DNA of 63,946 nt, filler included, from Octopus bimaculoides (Eukaryota): NCBI RefSeq assembly GCF_001194135.2. It is 8 parts of 7 records of this genome, joined end to end, with 100 filler letters (N's around TTAATTAATTAA, not from the genome) between each part and the next. Parts side by side here need not be neighbours in the genome. Positions count along the whole stretch, not along the records: positions 1 to 7,070 come from NC_068988.1; positions 7,171 to 18,401 come from NC_068998.1; 6 more parts are not named here. One strand, given 5' to 3'. The first letter of the stretch is position 1. Each line of letters begins with the position of its first letter. The notes under the pieces are model-generated. The model did no database searches and had not been told where the DNA came from. It saw only the letters and a program-made list of their open reading frames with translations. Position numbers and translations under genes: made by a program. Of this stretch, positions 1 to 10,790 are shown one piece after another.

Positions 1-232
1 ATGGATGGTGGGAATTGAAGTTAAGGTATCGTCCAGTGAAGGTTGGCTTGCGATATACGGATGTCCTGAATCCATACTCGGTGCGTGTTAATAATACGTC
101 CAGGAATGCCAGCTGATTGTTCTGTTCCTTTTCCATGGTGAACTGTATGGATGGATTTATTGAGTTCACATGATCTAGCAACATTTGGACATCTTGCTGG
201 TGGGGCCAGAGAATAAAGGTGTCATCAACGTA
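1..232 (-). mobile_element. Penelope-like element reverse transcriptase fragment (catalytic YVDD motif through thumb), runs off window edge
   Basis: Minus strand translates without stop as YVDDTFILWPHQQDVQMLLDHVNSINPSIQFTMEKEQNNQLAFLDVLLTRTEYGFRTSVYRKPTFTGRYLNFNSHHP. YVDD, FTMEKE, FLDV, VYRKPT and YLNFNSHHP are typical PLE RT motifs. No Met, so absent from the ORF track. Confidence 0.9.
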
Positions 233-253
233 TATATATATACAGAGAGAGAG

Positions 254-316
<63 letters not shown>

Positions 317-320
317 TAGA
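231..320. repeat. (TA)n/(GA)n compound microsatellite
   Basis: Directly visible. Confidence 0.95.
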
Positions 321-725
321 AGGAGAGGGGTTATGAGAGGTGATGGTGTCAATAAGACCCAAAGTTGTCAGGTAACGCTGAGTAAGTAAGACCTATTTAT
401 AAATGTTCTAAAGTCTTTCACAGCCTTCGAATTTTTATCTCATTCTTAAAATTTTTATATATATATATATAAACATTTATATATGAATGAGTCTCTTGCA
501 TCGTTGTACACCAACCATACGCGCAGATAAGATTTAATGGGCGAATAATAATGTTGAAAAGAGCACCATAAATCGGTACCTTCCTTCTGTACAGAAATCT
601 TTTCATGATGAGTGGAGATTGAGATAGAGGTAGAGAGATGAGGAAAGATGTGCTCAGTTATAGTTGGAAGAAAGGAATACACACAAAACACAAAAAAAAA
701 AATCTCAGGAAAATAAAATATATCT

Positions 726-788
726 GTATGTATGTATGTATGTATGTATGTATGTATGTATGTATGTATGTATGTATGTATGTATGTA
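726..788. repeat. (TATG)n tetranucleotide microsatellite
   Basis: Directly visible. Confidence 0.95.
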
Positions 789-1355
789 TACAGATAGGAA
801 TGTACATAATACTGCAAGCGTCAATACACAGATATATGAATTAATTAAAGTAGATATATATATTGTTTGTGTGTGCGCGTGTGTGTAATACTTTATGGAA
901 AACATCGTGTGAAGCAGAAAAATCGAAATATGATTTAATATTGAAATGTTTGTTTCTATGGATGATAAAAGTGTGAACAAATGCAAGGGTATTGTTTTAG
1001 GAATTGAGTCTTCTTTTGAATTGTTTTACAATTGGCTCACTACTCCTCAGGGAAGAAATTTCCGTCTTCCTACACACATACACACACACGCATACACACA
1101 CATGCAGACCTATACATGTATATATACATACATATATAATTACATACATACCTACATACATACACATACATATAGTACGTTCGCGTTAAATTTGAAAGCT
1201 TGCATAAAAGCGAAATTAATAACAATATCCCATCCCAAAATAGGTGTAATTAAAATAATCGAAAACTGTCAACTGGATTTAGTGCTCGGAGATGGCAGCA
1301 TACCCATCAAAACATATATAAATAAACTGTTATGAGATTTAGCAAAACAAGGGTG

Positions 1356-1390
<35 letters not shown>

Positions 1391-2419
1391 TTATATATAT
1401 ATATATGGTAAATTGGTTAAAACTATTAATCGCAATGTTTAGGTAGGAAACTTAGAATTCTAAATACATATGGGGTAATATATAGTCGTCAACTTATCAA
1501 ATATTTGTAAGGATCTAGAATGTCTACGATTCGAGTTATTTGCTTACTACGTCACCAATATCGTTTGAGACAACTGAGAAAGTAGTAATTACGCACTACG
1601 TCATCAATAGTTAAGATAGACATTTTAAATTCTTGGTGATTGAAGCGCGTGTTTAATAAAACATGTAAGTTTTAAAACTTTTAGTTTTATTATCTTTAAG
1701 ACAGTTTTAATTAACTTTAAGCATAGCAAGGTTTTATAAGAATAGTTAATTACAAGTATTTTTATTAGTTCTTAATTAATAAAATTTAATGTTTCTATTA
1801 GTTACTGGTAATTTAATATTATATCTTGCAGTGGTAATATATTAATGAGTATGTAGTGTTTTATTATTAACTTTTGAATGATGAAATAATGTATTTCATT
1901 CATAGTTATTATATGATTAGCTAAATTAAATTCAACCGTGTTTGCTTTGTTTTGGAGAGATTTATATAAAGCTTTAACTTTATTATTATAGGAGTAACTA
2001 TGGAAGGTTAGCCAAATTATTATTTGTATAGACTTAAAGATTCGTCGCGATTTCGCATATAATTTAGTATTTGCAAGTTTACTGTTAATGCCGATACCAT
2101 GTACATTGGTTTATGCGTTTGTTTGTGGTAGATTTATTTAATCCTGCCTAAAATTTGATTGATTGAATAACCACATTAGCTTTCACTTTCATACTATACT
2201 ATGGAAGACGGTAGGGAATATTATTTTTGTATACTTAATGGATTGGTCACTGTTTAGTTACGTATTTTGGAGTTGGTTATAGATTTACTTATTGAATTTA
2301 TTTACCGATACGGTTGTACATAGCGCAAATGTGTTTGAAAGTTGTGGTTTCCTTCGTATGTTTGTTCCCAAACAACACTTATTTTAGTGCTGTTGACAGC
2401 GCCGGATTGAATGTATAAG

Positions 2420-2465
<46 letters not shown>

Positions 2466-3337
2466 CACACATATACATACCCACGTACATATATAAACCT
2501 AATAAATTATATTACATATTTATAGCCAATAATGTCATTAATTAAATGATTTAAAATAATTTATTTATATAATGACTATCCTCACCTGAATTATATCATC
2601 GGTATAAATAGTAGTTCTAAAGATATATTAATGATATATAAATACAAAGTAATATAAAAAAATTACAAAATCAGTCAGATTTATTATTTATCAATAACAA
2701 TGAAATGATAGGAATCTACTTATATTTAGCAAAAAGAAATTTACTTGCATGGGTAGAGGCTAAATTTTTTTCAGAATGTATGTTCAAAAGTAATTTACGG
2801 GAAATAAATATTTCACACAATTATTCAGGATATAACTCATATAATTTGTCTGCGATATTATAAGATTTCGCATGGCTAATAATATTCCAGTTCAATTTAA
2901 ATCTATTTTCTTATCTTTAAGCCACGTCCCATATGAATTTATCCAGACCAGTTGAGTTAATCTTTTTTCTTATCCTTAAAGCTGTTTAAGTGGTTAAAAT
3001 AGCTAGTTTTAAATTTATTATATGTCGAGCCAATGTACGTATTCTTAATATTAAGTAGATCAGTCTCACATTTATATACAATATTACCTTCATTACACAG
3101 ATTTTTAAATTGACATCTACCAATACAATTGCAGAATGCATTAAAAATTAATAATTATTATTCGAAAGAAATTTTTCGTTATGCAATGACCAATCCTGAT
3201 ATTATTAGTATTAATTATTTGCCTATATTTATTATTCATGTTGAAATGCTTATCAGTTAATTTATATATTTGTCTAATTAATCTTGTCTTCAAATTCATA
3301 GCATAATGGGTTATGTACCAAAAATAATTACGCTATT

Positions 3338-5030
3338 TATTATTATTATTGTTCAGTAGTTTTATTTTTATAACGTGCTTTCACTTCACTACCGAGCGCA
3401 GCTCTGTGCGCCTTGGGTATGTGCTGTGTTTTGCTGTGGTGCTCTTATGTTTATTGTATTGAAAGTGTTTTGCGTAGAATGTGTGCAGTACCCAGTAGTG
3501 CAATTTTCTGTATGTTATATATATTTGTAAGTCCTGGTGTTTTTGTTATGTATTTGTCTGAATATTTTTTTATTATACCTAAGGCACCTACTATGATAGG
3601 AATTGTTTCTGTTTTTAGATTCCACATTCGAGTTATCTCTATTTCCAGGTCTTTGTATTTTTAAAGTTTTTCCATTTCTTTTAGAGAAACGTTGTCATCT
3701 GCTGGTATTGATNNNNNNNNNNNNNNNNNNNNNNNNNNNNNNNNNNNNNNNNNNNNNNNNNNNNNNNNNNNNNNNNNNNNNNNNNNNNNNNNNNNNNNNN
3801 NNNNNNNNNNNNNNNNNNNNNNNNNNNNNNNNNNNNNNNNNNNNNNNNNNNNNNNNNNNNNNNNNNNNNNNNNNNNNNNNNNNNNNNNNNNNNNNNNNNN
3901 NNNNNNNNNNNNNNNNNNNNNNNNNNNNNNNNNNNNNNNNNNNNNNNNNNNNNNNNNNNNNNNNNNNNNNNNNNNNNNNNNNNNNNNNNNNNNNNNNNNN
4001 NNNNNNNNNNNNNNNNNNNNNNNNNNNNNNNNNNNNNNNNNNNNNNNNNNNNNNNNNNNNNNNNNNNNNNNNNNNNNNNNNNNNNNNNNNNNNNNNNNNN
4101 NNNNNNNNNNNNNNNNNNNNNNNNNNNNNNNNNNNNNNNNNNNNNNNNNNNNNNNNNNNNNNNNNNNNNNNNNNNNNNNNNNNNNNNNNNNNNNNNNNNN
4201 NNNNNNNNNNNNNNNNNNNNNNNNNNNNNNNNNNNNNNNNNNNNNNNNNNNNNNNNNNNNNNNNNNNNNNNNNNNNNNNNNNNNNNNNNNNNNNNNNNNN
4301 NNNNNNNNNNNNNNNNNNNNNNNNNNNNNNNNNNNNNNNNNNNNNNNNNNNNNNNNNNNNNNNNNNNNNNNNNNNNNNNNNNNNNNNNNNNNNNNNNNNN
4401 NNNNNNNNNNNNNNNNNNNNNNNNNNNNNNNNNNNNNNNNNNNNNNNNNNNNNNNNNNNNNNNNNNNNNNNNNNNNNNNNNNNNNNNNNNNNNNNNNNNN
4501 NNNNNNNNNNNNNNNNNNNNNNNNNNNNNNNNNNNNNNNNNNNNNNNNNNNNNNNNNNNNNNNNNNNNNNNNNNNNNNNNNNNNNNNNNNNNNNNNNNNN
4601 NNNNNNNNNNNAAACAGTTTTTTGTTTTGCTTGTGTTTTGTGGCTATTTGTATTAGTTTCCCTTGCTTCTGGAGTAGGTATTTTTGCAGTCCTATGGTGG
4701 TTATTTTATAATAGTTTTCTAGCTGTATAAGACCCCTGCCACCTTCTGTGCGTTGTATGTATAGCCTTTCTATGTCAGATTTTGGGTGGTGCATCCTATA
4801 TCCTGTCATTATTTTTCTTGTTTTCCTGTCTATTTTACATAGTTCGTTTAGTGCCCAGTTAAGGATGTTGTAGCTGTAGCTTATAACTGGGACAGCTAAA
4901 GTGTTGATACCCATTATCTTGTTTTTAGCATTGAGCTCTGTTTTTAATGTTGATCTAACTCGTCTATAGTACTCTTTCTTTATTCTTTCTTTCATTTGTG
5001 TATTTTGTATCCTCTCTAGTTCATTGACTC
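3338..5030 (-). mobile_element. 5'-truncated RLE-type (R4/Dong-like) non-LTR retrotransposon with (TAA)n tail; internal gap, premature stop
   Basis: Post-RT region VNELERIQNTQMKERIKKEYYRRVR...INTLAVPVISYSY...IDRKTRKIMT...HHPKSDIERLYIQRTEGGRGL. After the gap the C-terminus reads SIPADDNVSLKEMEKL*KYKDLEIEITRMWNLKTETIPIIVGALG...IQKIALLGTAHILRKTLSIQ* (stop 3451-3453), then a ~100-nt 3'UTR and an (AAT)n tail at 3338-3350. Confidence 0.85.
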
Positions 5031-5079
<49 letters not shown>

Positions 5080-5115
5080 GCCATTATTAGTATAATTATT
5101 ACAATCATTATTATT
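5031..5115. repeat. (TAA)n/(TTA)n microsatellite between two LINE fragments
   Basis: Perfect (TAT)n at 5031-5079, degenerate to 5115. Confidence 0.95.
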
Positions 5116-5556
5116 CCTTAGTAAAAGCAGTGTAGGTATAAATGCACCGGAGCCTTTAGTCATGTTTCACGTCACAACAAGGATCTCACACAGATAATAT
5201 TTTCCTGAAGATGTGCGCTATGCTCAATAAGGCCGCTTTTTTGCAAGACATCAATCTTGCATGAGATTTCCAGTTGCCTTAAGAGTTTTGAAGTTTCAAT
5301 TGGATTGAGTTCAACGCTCCGATCACCACTGGTATAATTTTTATATTACCCTCTATCATTCCGTATAGTCTTGCCATTTCCACTTTCAATTCGGAGTACT
5401 TGGTAATTTTCTCAACCTCTTTACGTCCAACATTCATGTTATTTGTTATGACTACATCAATGATCTGACAGTATTTGTCTCTCTTATTCAATATGACAAT
5501 ATCCGACCGACGGTGTTCGATTACACGATCCGTCTGAAAAGCATAGTCCCAGAGTC
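5116..5556 (-). mobile_element. 3' fragment of a second, different RLE-type (R4-like) LINE with (AAT)n tail
   Basis: Minus translation LWDYAFQTDRVIEHRRSDIVILNKRDKYCQIIDVV...KEVEKITKYSELKVEMARLY...IIPVVIGAL...AHIFRKILSV* matches the RLE motifs (LWD..QTD, RxPD, KxxKY, PVVIGALG), followed by a short 3'UTR. Confidence 0.8.
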
Positions 5557-6007
5557 TGCGTTAAAGTATGGCTCTGCACAGATCCCATATCAAAATTTCC
5601 CAAAACAGAAAAATAGCTTTCAGCCAACACGTCGACATTTTCGCTAATAACAGAAATCCAAGCTTCGGTATTTTTCGCATCTACCAATTCAGGGACGATA
5701 CAACCTGTAGCCAACGAATTAGTAAAGAGACTCACTTTATTTTAAAATACAGACCCCTTTTGAACGCATCTTCAACAAACGACATATCCACCCAAGTCAA
5801 TGAAAAGTCTCCTAACACGAACCCAAGTACACTTGGCAACAACATTGAAACCACCAATAAAAATTGCGTAAGACCTAACTGTGGTATATGTGTCAACCTA
5901 ACTGAGGGATCGGAGTTCTCCTTGAAACAAGGTCAACGTTTTGCAGGGAAAAACAACTTCACATGTGGTTTGGAAAATCTAATATATGTATTAACTTGTT
6001 CAGAGTG
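5551..6007 (+). mobile_element. Penelope-like GIY-YIG endonuclease remnant: C-terminal half followed in frame by a Cys-rich N-terminal half
   Basis: QSLR*SMALHRSHI...FSQHV...KETHFILKYRPLLN resembles the GIY-YIG C-half. After a 33-aa linker, CVRPNCGICVNL...NNFTCGLENLIYVLTCSEC resembles the PLE zinc-binding/GIY N-half. Ends at a (TA)n tract. Confidence 0.75.
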
Positions 6008-6090
6008 TATATATATATATGTGTATGTCACGGGAAAAGAAGATATAAGATTTTGCCAGGTTTTTCTCTCTCACCAAGGTCATCAGCTGT

Positions 6091-6135
6091 CGAACGCCGA
6101 AGAAGGGAAATAACCCTGAAATCCGGATACGTTCG
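6091..6135 (+). ncRNA. Minimal type I hammerhead ribozyme motif (variant core CCGAAGA)
   Basis: Stem I CGAACG/CGTTCG; core CCGAAGA; stem II AGGG-AAATAA-CCCT; GAAA; palindromic stem III ATCCGGAT; cleavage triplet AUA. Lies ~85 nt downstream of a PLE endonuclease remnant. Confidence 0.7.
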
Positions 6136-6309
6136 TGCTGCTGGTCGTGGTGAGAGGGATAACTCCCTTGGCAAACAGGACACAGTCGTGTGTCGATAAG
6201 CCAGCTGGAGGAGATGTCCTCCTGGGGCTAAAAGCAACAGTAACATCCACCCCTAGGGGTCAGCCACACTTAAGTGGCAATATACTACACTTTATCGTGC
6301 AGTTACTGT
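6136..6309 (+). other. Hairpin-rich PLE pseudo-LTR-like segment downstream of the hammerhead
   Basis: Five short stem-loops: AGGGA/TCCCT, GACAC/GTGTC, GGAGGA/TCCTCC, ACCCCTAGGGGT, GCCAC/GTGGC. Colinear with 52853-53030. Confidence 0.55.
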
Positions 6310-6419
6310 NNNNNNNNNNNNNNNNNNNNNNNNNNNNNNNNNNNNNNNNNNNATATATATGTGTGTATGTATGTATGTATATATACATGGGGGAGTGTTT
6401 GGAGCAGTGCTGAGAAGGT

Positions 6420-6478
<59 letters not shown>

Positions 6479-7025
6479 ATGAGTGTTTGTATGTGTATGA
6501 TAGGCTATTAACAAGATAGATTTAAATAAAATCAATAACGAAGGAAATTTTTTTTTTCTTTTAAAAAGTACATATATAAACAGGAATAAACACAAAAGAA
6601 ATATCCGAACAATGAAACTAACAAAGAATGAGAAGATGGTGATAAATATAAAGACACTTGATGGCAACAGACGCTAAAAGACATCAGAAATTTCTTTACT
6701 TCCTAAAGACGTGAAATGATGAAATTTTCAGTCGTTTTCTTAATTGCTGACGCAGTGCTGTGTATCATGCAAGAATTATTTGATCTATTGCCTGCTTCAA
6801 CAGTCTTATTTCGTTGGTTCTTTGTTTCTTTATATATTATCTTCTGTCTTTAGACTGGAATTAGTTATGTATTATCCATGTATATGTATGTGTATATATT
6901 TACGTGTGCGTCTCACTCTCTACCTTTCTATCTGTCTTTCTCTCTCTTCTCTATCTCTCTCTCTCCTTATCAATCTATTTATATATCTACGTATATCTGT
7001 ATATATGCATGTGGATATATATATG

Positions 7026-7070
<45 letters not shown>

Positions 7071-7170
7071 NNNNNNNNNNNNNNNNNNNNNNNNNNNNNN
7101 NNNNNNNNNNNNNNTTAATTAATTAANNNNNNNNNNNNNNNNNNNNNNNNNNNNNNNNNNNNNNNNNNNN

Positions 7171-7198
7171 GTGCTATCAGCGTGATATGGCCATAAGC
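7171..7198 (-). pseudogene. 5' 28 nt of a second 5S rRNA copy, cut by a gap
   Basis: Identical to the 5' end of the copy at 7267-7385 (GCTTATGGCCATATCACGCTGATAGCAC). Confidence 0.8.
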
Positions 7199-7256
7199 AG
7201 ACGAAATACCGCTAAGCATTTCGCCCGGCGTGCTAACGCTTCTGCTAGCCCACCGC
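7199..7256 (-). mobile_element. tRNA-derived SINE 5' head (A-box part only), second tandem unit
   Basis: GCGGTGGGCTAGCAGAAGCGTTAGCACGCCGGGCGAAATGCTTAGCGGTATTTCGTCT; same family as 29518-29654 and 53154-53365. Confidence 0.8.
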
Positions 7257-7266
7257 TTTTTTTTTT

Positions 7267-7385
7267 ATGCTTACAGCACCTACGTTTCCCAAGCGGTCAC
7301 CCATCTAAGTACTTACTAGGCTGACATTGCTTAACTTCGGTGATCGGACGAGAACCGGTGCTATCAGCGTGATATGGCCATAAGC
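7267..7385 (-). rRNA. Full-length 5S rRNA copy, probably a retroposed pseudogene
   Basis: 119 nt, GCTTATGGCCATATCACGCTGATAGCACCGGTTCTCGTCCGATCACCGAAGTTAAGCAATGTCAGCCTAGTAAGTACTTAGATGGGTGACCGCTTGGGAAACGTAGGTGCTGTAAGCAT. Has the eukaryotic 5S core (CGATCACCGAAGTTAAGC, AGTACTTAGATGGGTGACC, GGGAA). Followed by A10 instead of a T-run terminator. Confidence 0.9.
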
Positions 7386-7444
7386 AGACGAAATACCGCT
7401 AAGCACTTCGCCCGGCGTGCTAACGATTCTGCCAAGTCGCCGCC
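7386..7444 (-). mobile_element. tRNA-derived SINE 5' head fused directly upstream of 5S
   Basis: GGCGGCGACTTGGCAGAATCGTTAGCACGCCGGGCGAAGTGCTTAGCGGTATTTCGTCT; stops before the SINE B box (GTTCAAATTCC) seen in other copies. Confidence 0.85.
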
Positions 7445-8169
7445 TTAATAGTGATGATGATGATGACGATGACTACGACGATGATGATGATGATGATGTG
7501 GTGGTGGTGGTGGTGACGATGATGACGATGTTGATGATAGTAACAATGATGATTAGTACATGATATGTACAACAACAACAGCATTGGTTTAGGATGGAAC
7601 GTCTAACAACAGAAAGAATATTTACTTAGAGCGGCAAGATTTCTATAAACCTGAATGTTGTTGCACTTTTAGATTTTCTGTTTTTCACTCAAAATCTGAA
7701 GAATGCTAAACATACTTATAAGATCAATTCCAGCATATCAAAGTTATTTTCTGAATCATCATCATCACCACCATCATCATCATCACCACCATCATCATCA
7801 TCACCACCATCATCATCATCATCATTATTATCATTATTATTATTATTAACTGTATTATTCGTGTTTTAAATATTTTATTAATACTTGCTATTGCTTGTTA
7901 TTTGTTTCGTTTCGTTTCTATTTTTCCTTCCTCTTTCCAAGAGATTCTCTATTTCTGTCTCGAGTGGCTGGGCTTTGTTTTCCGGAACATTAACTTTTAC
8001 GTCTTCCATGTAGCTAGATGTGTCCATTTGTCTCTATTACATACGTACGCATACAAACATACATGTGCCTATATCCGTGTGTGTTCTAGAGTATGCATTT
8101 GTGCAAATATGTGTTTGTGTGTGTTTGTACAAACATACATTCATGCATTCATATATAAAATTCTTCGTG

Positions 8170-8202
<33 letters not shown>

Positions 8203-10408
8203 GTGTTTCTATTGACACACACATGTACATATACAGGCGCACTCAGAAAAGCATATATATACATATACATGTTAAAGAATACACCTATGCATGCCTACAT
8301 ATGTAGAAACAGGGAGAGACATATGTAAAGGCATATATAAATGTGTGTGTTTCTGTGAGTGTGTGTGTGCGCGTGTGTACATGCAGAACTTTAAACCGAT
8401 ATATCTCTTTCTATGTATGTGTGTGTATGTTTGTCAGTTTCCGCTTAGATTTATATGAATATACAACTTAAAAGAACAAGCTACATATACACCTTGCTCC
8501 CGCATTTCCCCAGTTTACGCTAAGTTGCTATTAAAGGAAACATAAAACTGAAGTGAATAGATAGCCGTGCTTAAAGGTGGGAAACTATACAAAAAATAAA
8601 CTCGTAGAAAAGAAACATAAAATAAATTAAATCAAACAAAAAGACAAGCGACAAAAATGCCAAGGATTCTAAGAAAGACCGAAAAGGAATGAAGAATTTA
8701 AGACAAAATAACGTCTCAGTAACGAAAATCAATAATGTTTGGAAATAAGAACCTGAATCATATCTATAGAACTATGTTAATTATTCTAATTAATAGAATT
8801 ATGGAACTCAGTTTAATTTCTCTGCGTCTTAACATTTTGCTGAATTGTAAGTTGAATCGGCAGGTTAAAGTTGTTAATACATCTAACATTTGAATTATTT
8901 CTCAAAGATATCAAGATCATCACATGTGAATGCTGAAATGATCCCCGGTTAAAGCTATTGAAGTTACGTTGAATGTAAAGGGCCAATGTTAAGCTGCTGA
9001 CACATCCACTCCAAATCCGAATATTGTTTTGAAGGACTCTATTGGTTAATATTGACCATACTTCTGGAGAAGTACGCGTGGGCTTCGGCAAAATTGTATA
9101 AGAAAGCCAGGCAGTTGCCCATACATATAAATGCCCACCGATTTTTATCCTAGTAAATGCCATCGACTTGGACCTTTACAAATAGTAATTGCTGCCAGAA
9201 AACAAAGACCCAGATCAAAAACTTCGGATACAAAAAGATATCTTGCCTGACTTTCTAATAATTCTACCAGTCTAGAATTCTAAATTGATAATTTTGTATC
9301 GCTCCTCGCTGCAGAAAAGATGAAACGCAATTTGACTTCGGTGACATTGGAAGCCAGATCGCAGATTTTAGAAACTCATGTGTGACACTTTATCTAGCGA
9401 TCTAATGACATTGATCTTTGTTGCCTGAAATATTACGTTCAATGAATCACTTTGCATCTCTATAAATGGTTGGAATGATTGGTGTGTATCATAACTAAAA
9501 TGCTCTTTTAAACGGAAGATACATCACTAAAACGCATGGTTTGTGGTTTGTTTAAGTTGCTCCGTCAACTCATAGTATGATGATTGTTTAAATCTTTTAG
9601 AACACCTCCCAAATAAATAGTCAATATAGCAAACCTGTTAGTCAAGAAATCCTCAACTGTATAACTTAGAACTCTTGACATACATCACAATATAACGATT
9701 CATGCCATAGATCACAGAAATACGTAAGGGGCGAAATGGTTTCGTTAAAAGGAATCCGGCAATCCAAGGACACATGATTTAGAATATTATCAATGGTAAC
9801 AATAATAATAACCCCAGTTCTGCCCCACATAAGTAGAAATTATTGTAATCTTCAAACTGTACCATCTATTTTTATTACACTTTGTTATTCAGTGTTGTTT
9901 TCTCTAAGATGTGTGATGTCATATGTTCGGTGATGTTGCTATGAGGTCTAGGGACAACATAAAGGCACTTTTGTTGTTGTATTGCGAGAAAGACTGGAAT
10001 GGGACGGTAACAATGTGGTAAACTACTGACCAATTAGTCAGTTCAAATCGGACAAAAGACGTTGCTATTCATGATAATAATCTCGAAATTGTTTCAGTCG
10101 TTGCTTATATTAAATTTTGATAAATAACTTTATTTAAAACAACCTGATTTTTTATCCTTCTTAGGTAACATAGTCACCACTCATGTATACACCTTATGAT
10201 CAGTTTGGATTTGAAATTTGCCTGTGATAAATATTAATGTCTTCGAATTCTAGCTCGAAACATAAAGGTTAAATCGTGTAAAACGTGCAGTTATGTAATA
10301 CATAAAAATCATAGCAGAATTAATTGAGTTAACGGCGACGGGAATATTTTTTCTTTATCAGTACATTAAGAACTTGTAGCAAAACTTATATATGTGTGTG
10401 TATGTGTG

Positions 10409-10457
<49 letters not shown>

Positions 10458-10544
10458 NNNNNNNNNNNNNNNNNNNNNNNNNNNNNNNNNNNNNNNNNNN
10501 NNNNNNNNNNNNNNNNNNNNNNNNNNNNNNNNNNNNNNATATAT

Positions 10545-10790
10545 ACACACACATACATACATGTACATACGTATATATACATACGTATACATATATATCT
10601 ATATATATACATACATATTTATACGTATATATACATACGTATACATATATATCTATATATATATACATACATATTTATACGTATATATACATACGTATAC
10701 ATATATATCTATATATATACATACATATTTATACGTATATATACATACGTATACATATATATCTATAAATATACGTACATATACATACTA
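10545..10790. repeat. AT-rich minisatellite (~52-56 bp unit, about 4 copies)
   Basis: Recurring TACATACGTATACATATATATCTATATATATACATACATATTTATACG. Confidence 0.8.

Noticed and set aside
418-1335. Many ORFs of YI/CV/HT/SL/RE repeats here and throughout the window
   Set aside because: Translations of (TA)n, (TG)n, (TC)n and (TACA)n microsatellites.
7115-7126. TTAATTAATTAA flanked by Ns, recurring at about 7115, 18446, 27276, 48244, 54050, 58117 and 61578
   Set aside because: Always centred between N-runs and places stops in all six frames; an assembly spacer, not a biological motif.
7450-7850. (GAT/GGT)n and (CAT/CAC)n tracts in inverted orientation about 200 nt apart
   Set aside because: Complementarity is limited to simple repeats and is expected by chance at this microsatellite density.
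8900-9185. Weak cadherin-like phrases (NIDHTSGEVRV ... ILVNAIDLD) on the plus strand
   Set aside because: Need several frameshifts and stops, and lack LDYE and DxNDNxP motifs; cannot be told from chance without a profile search.
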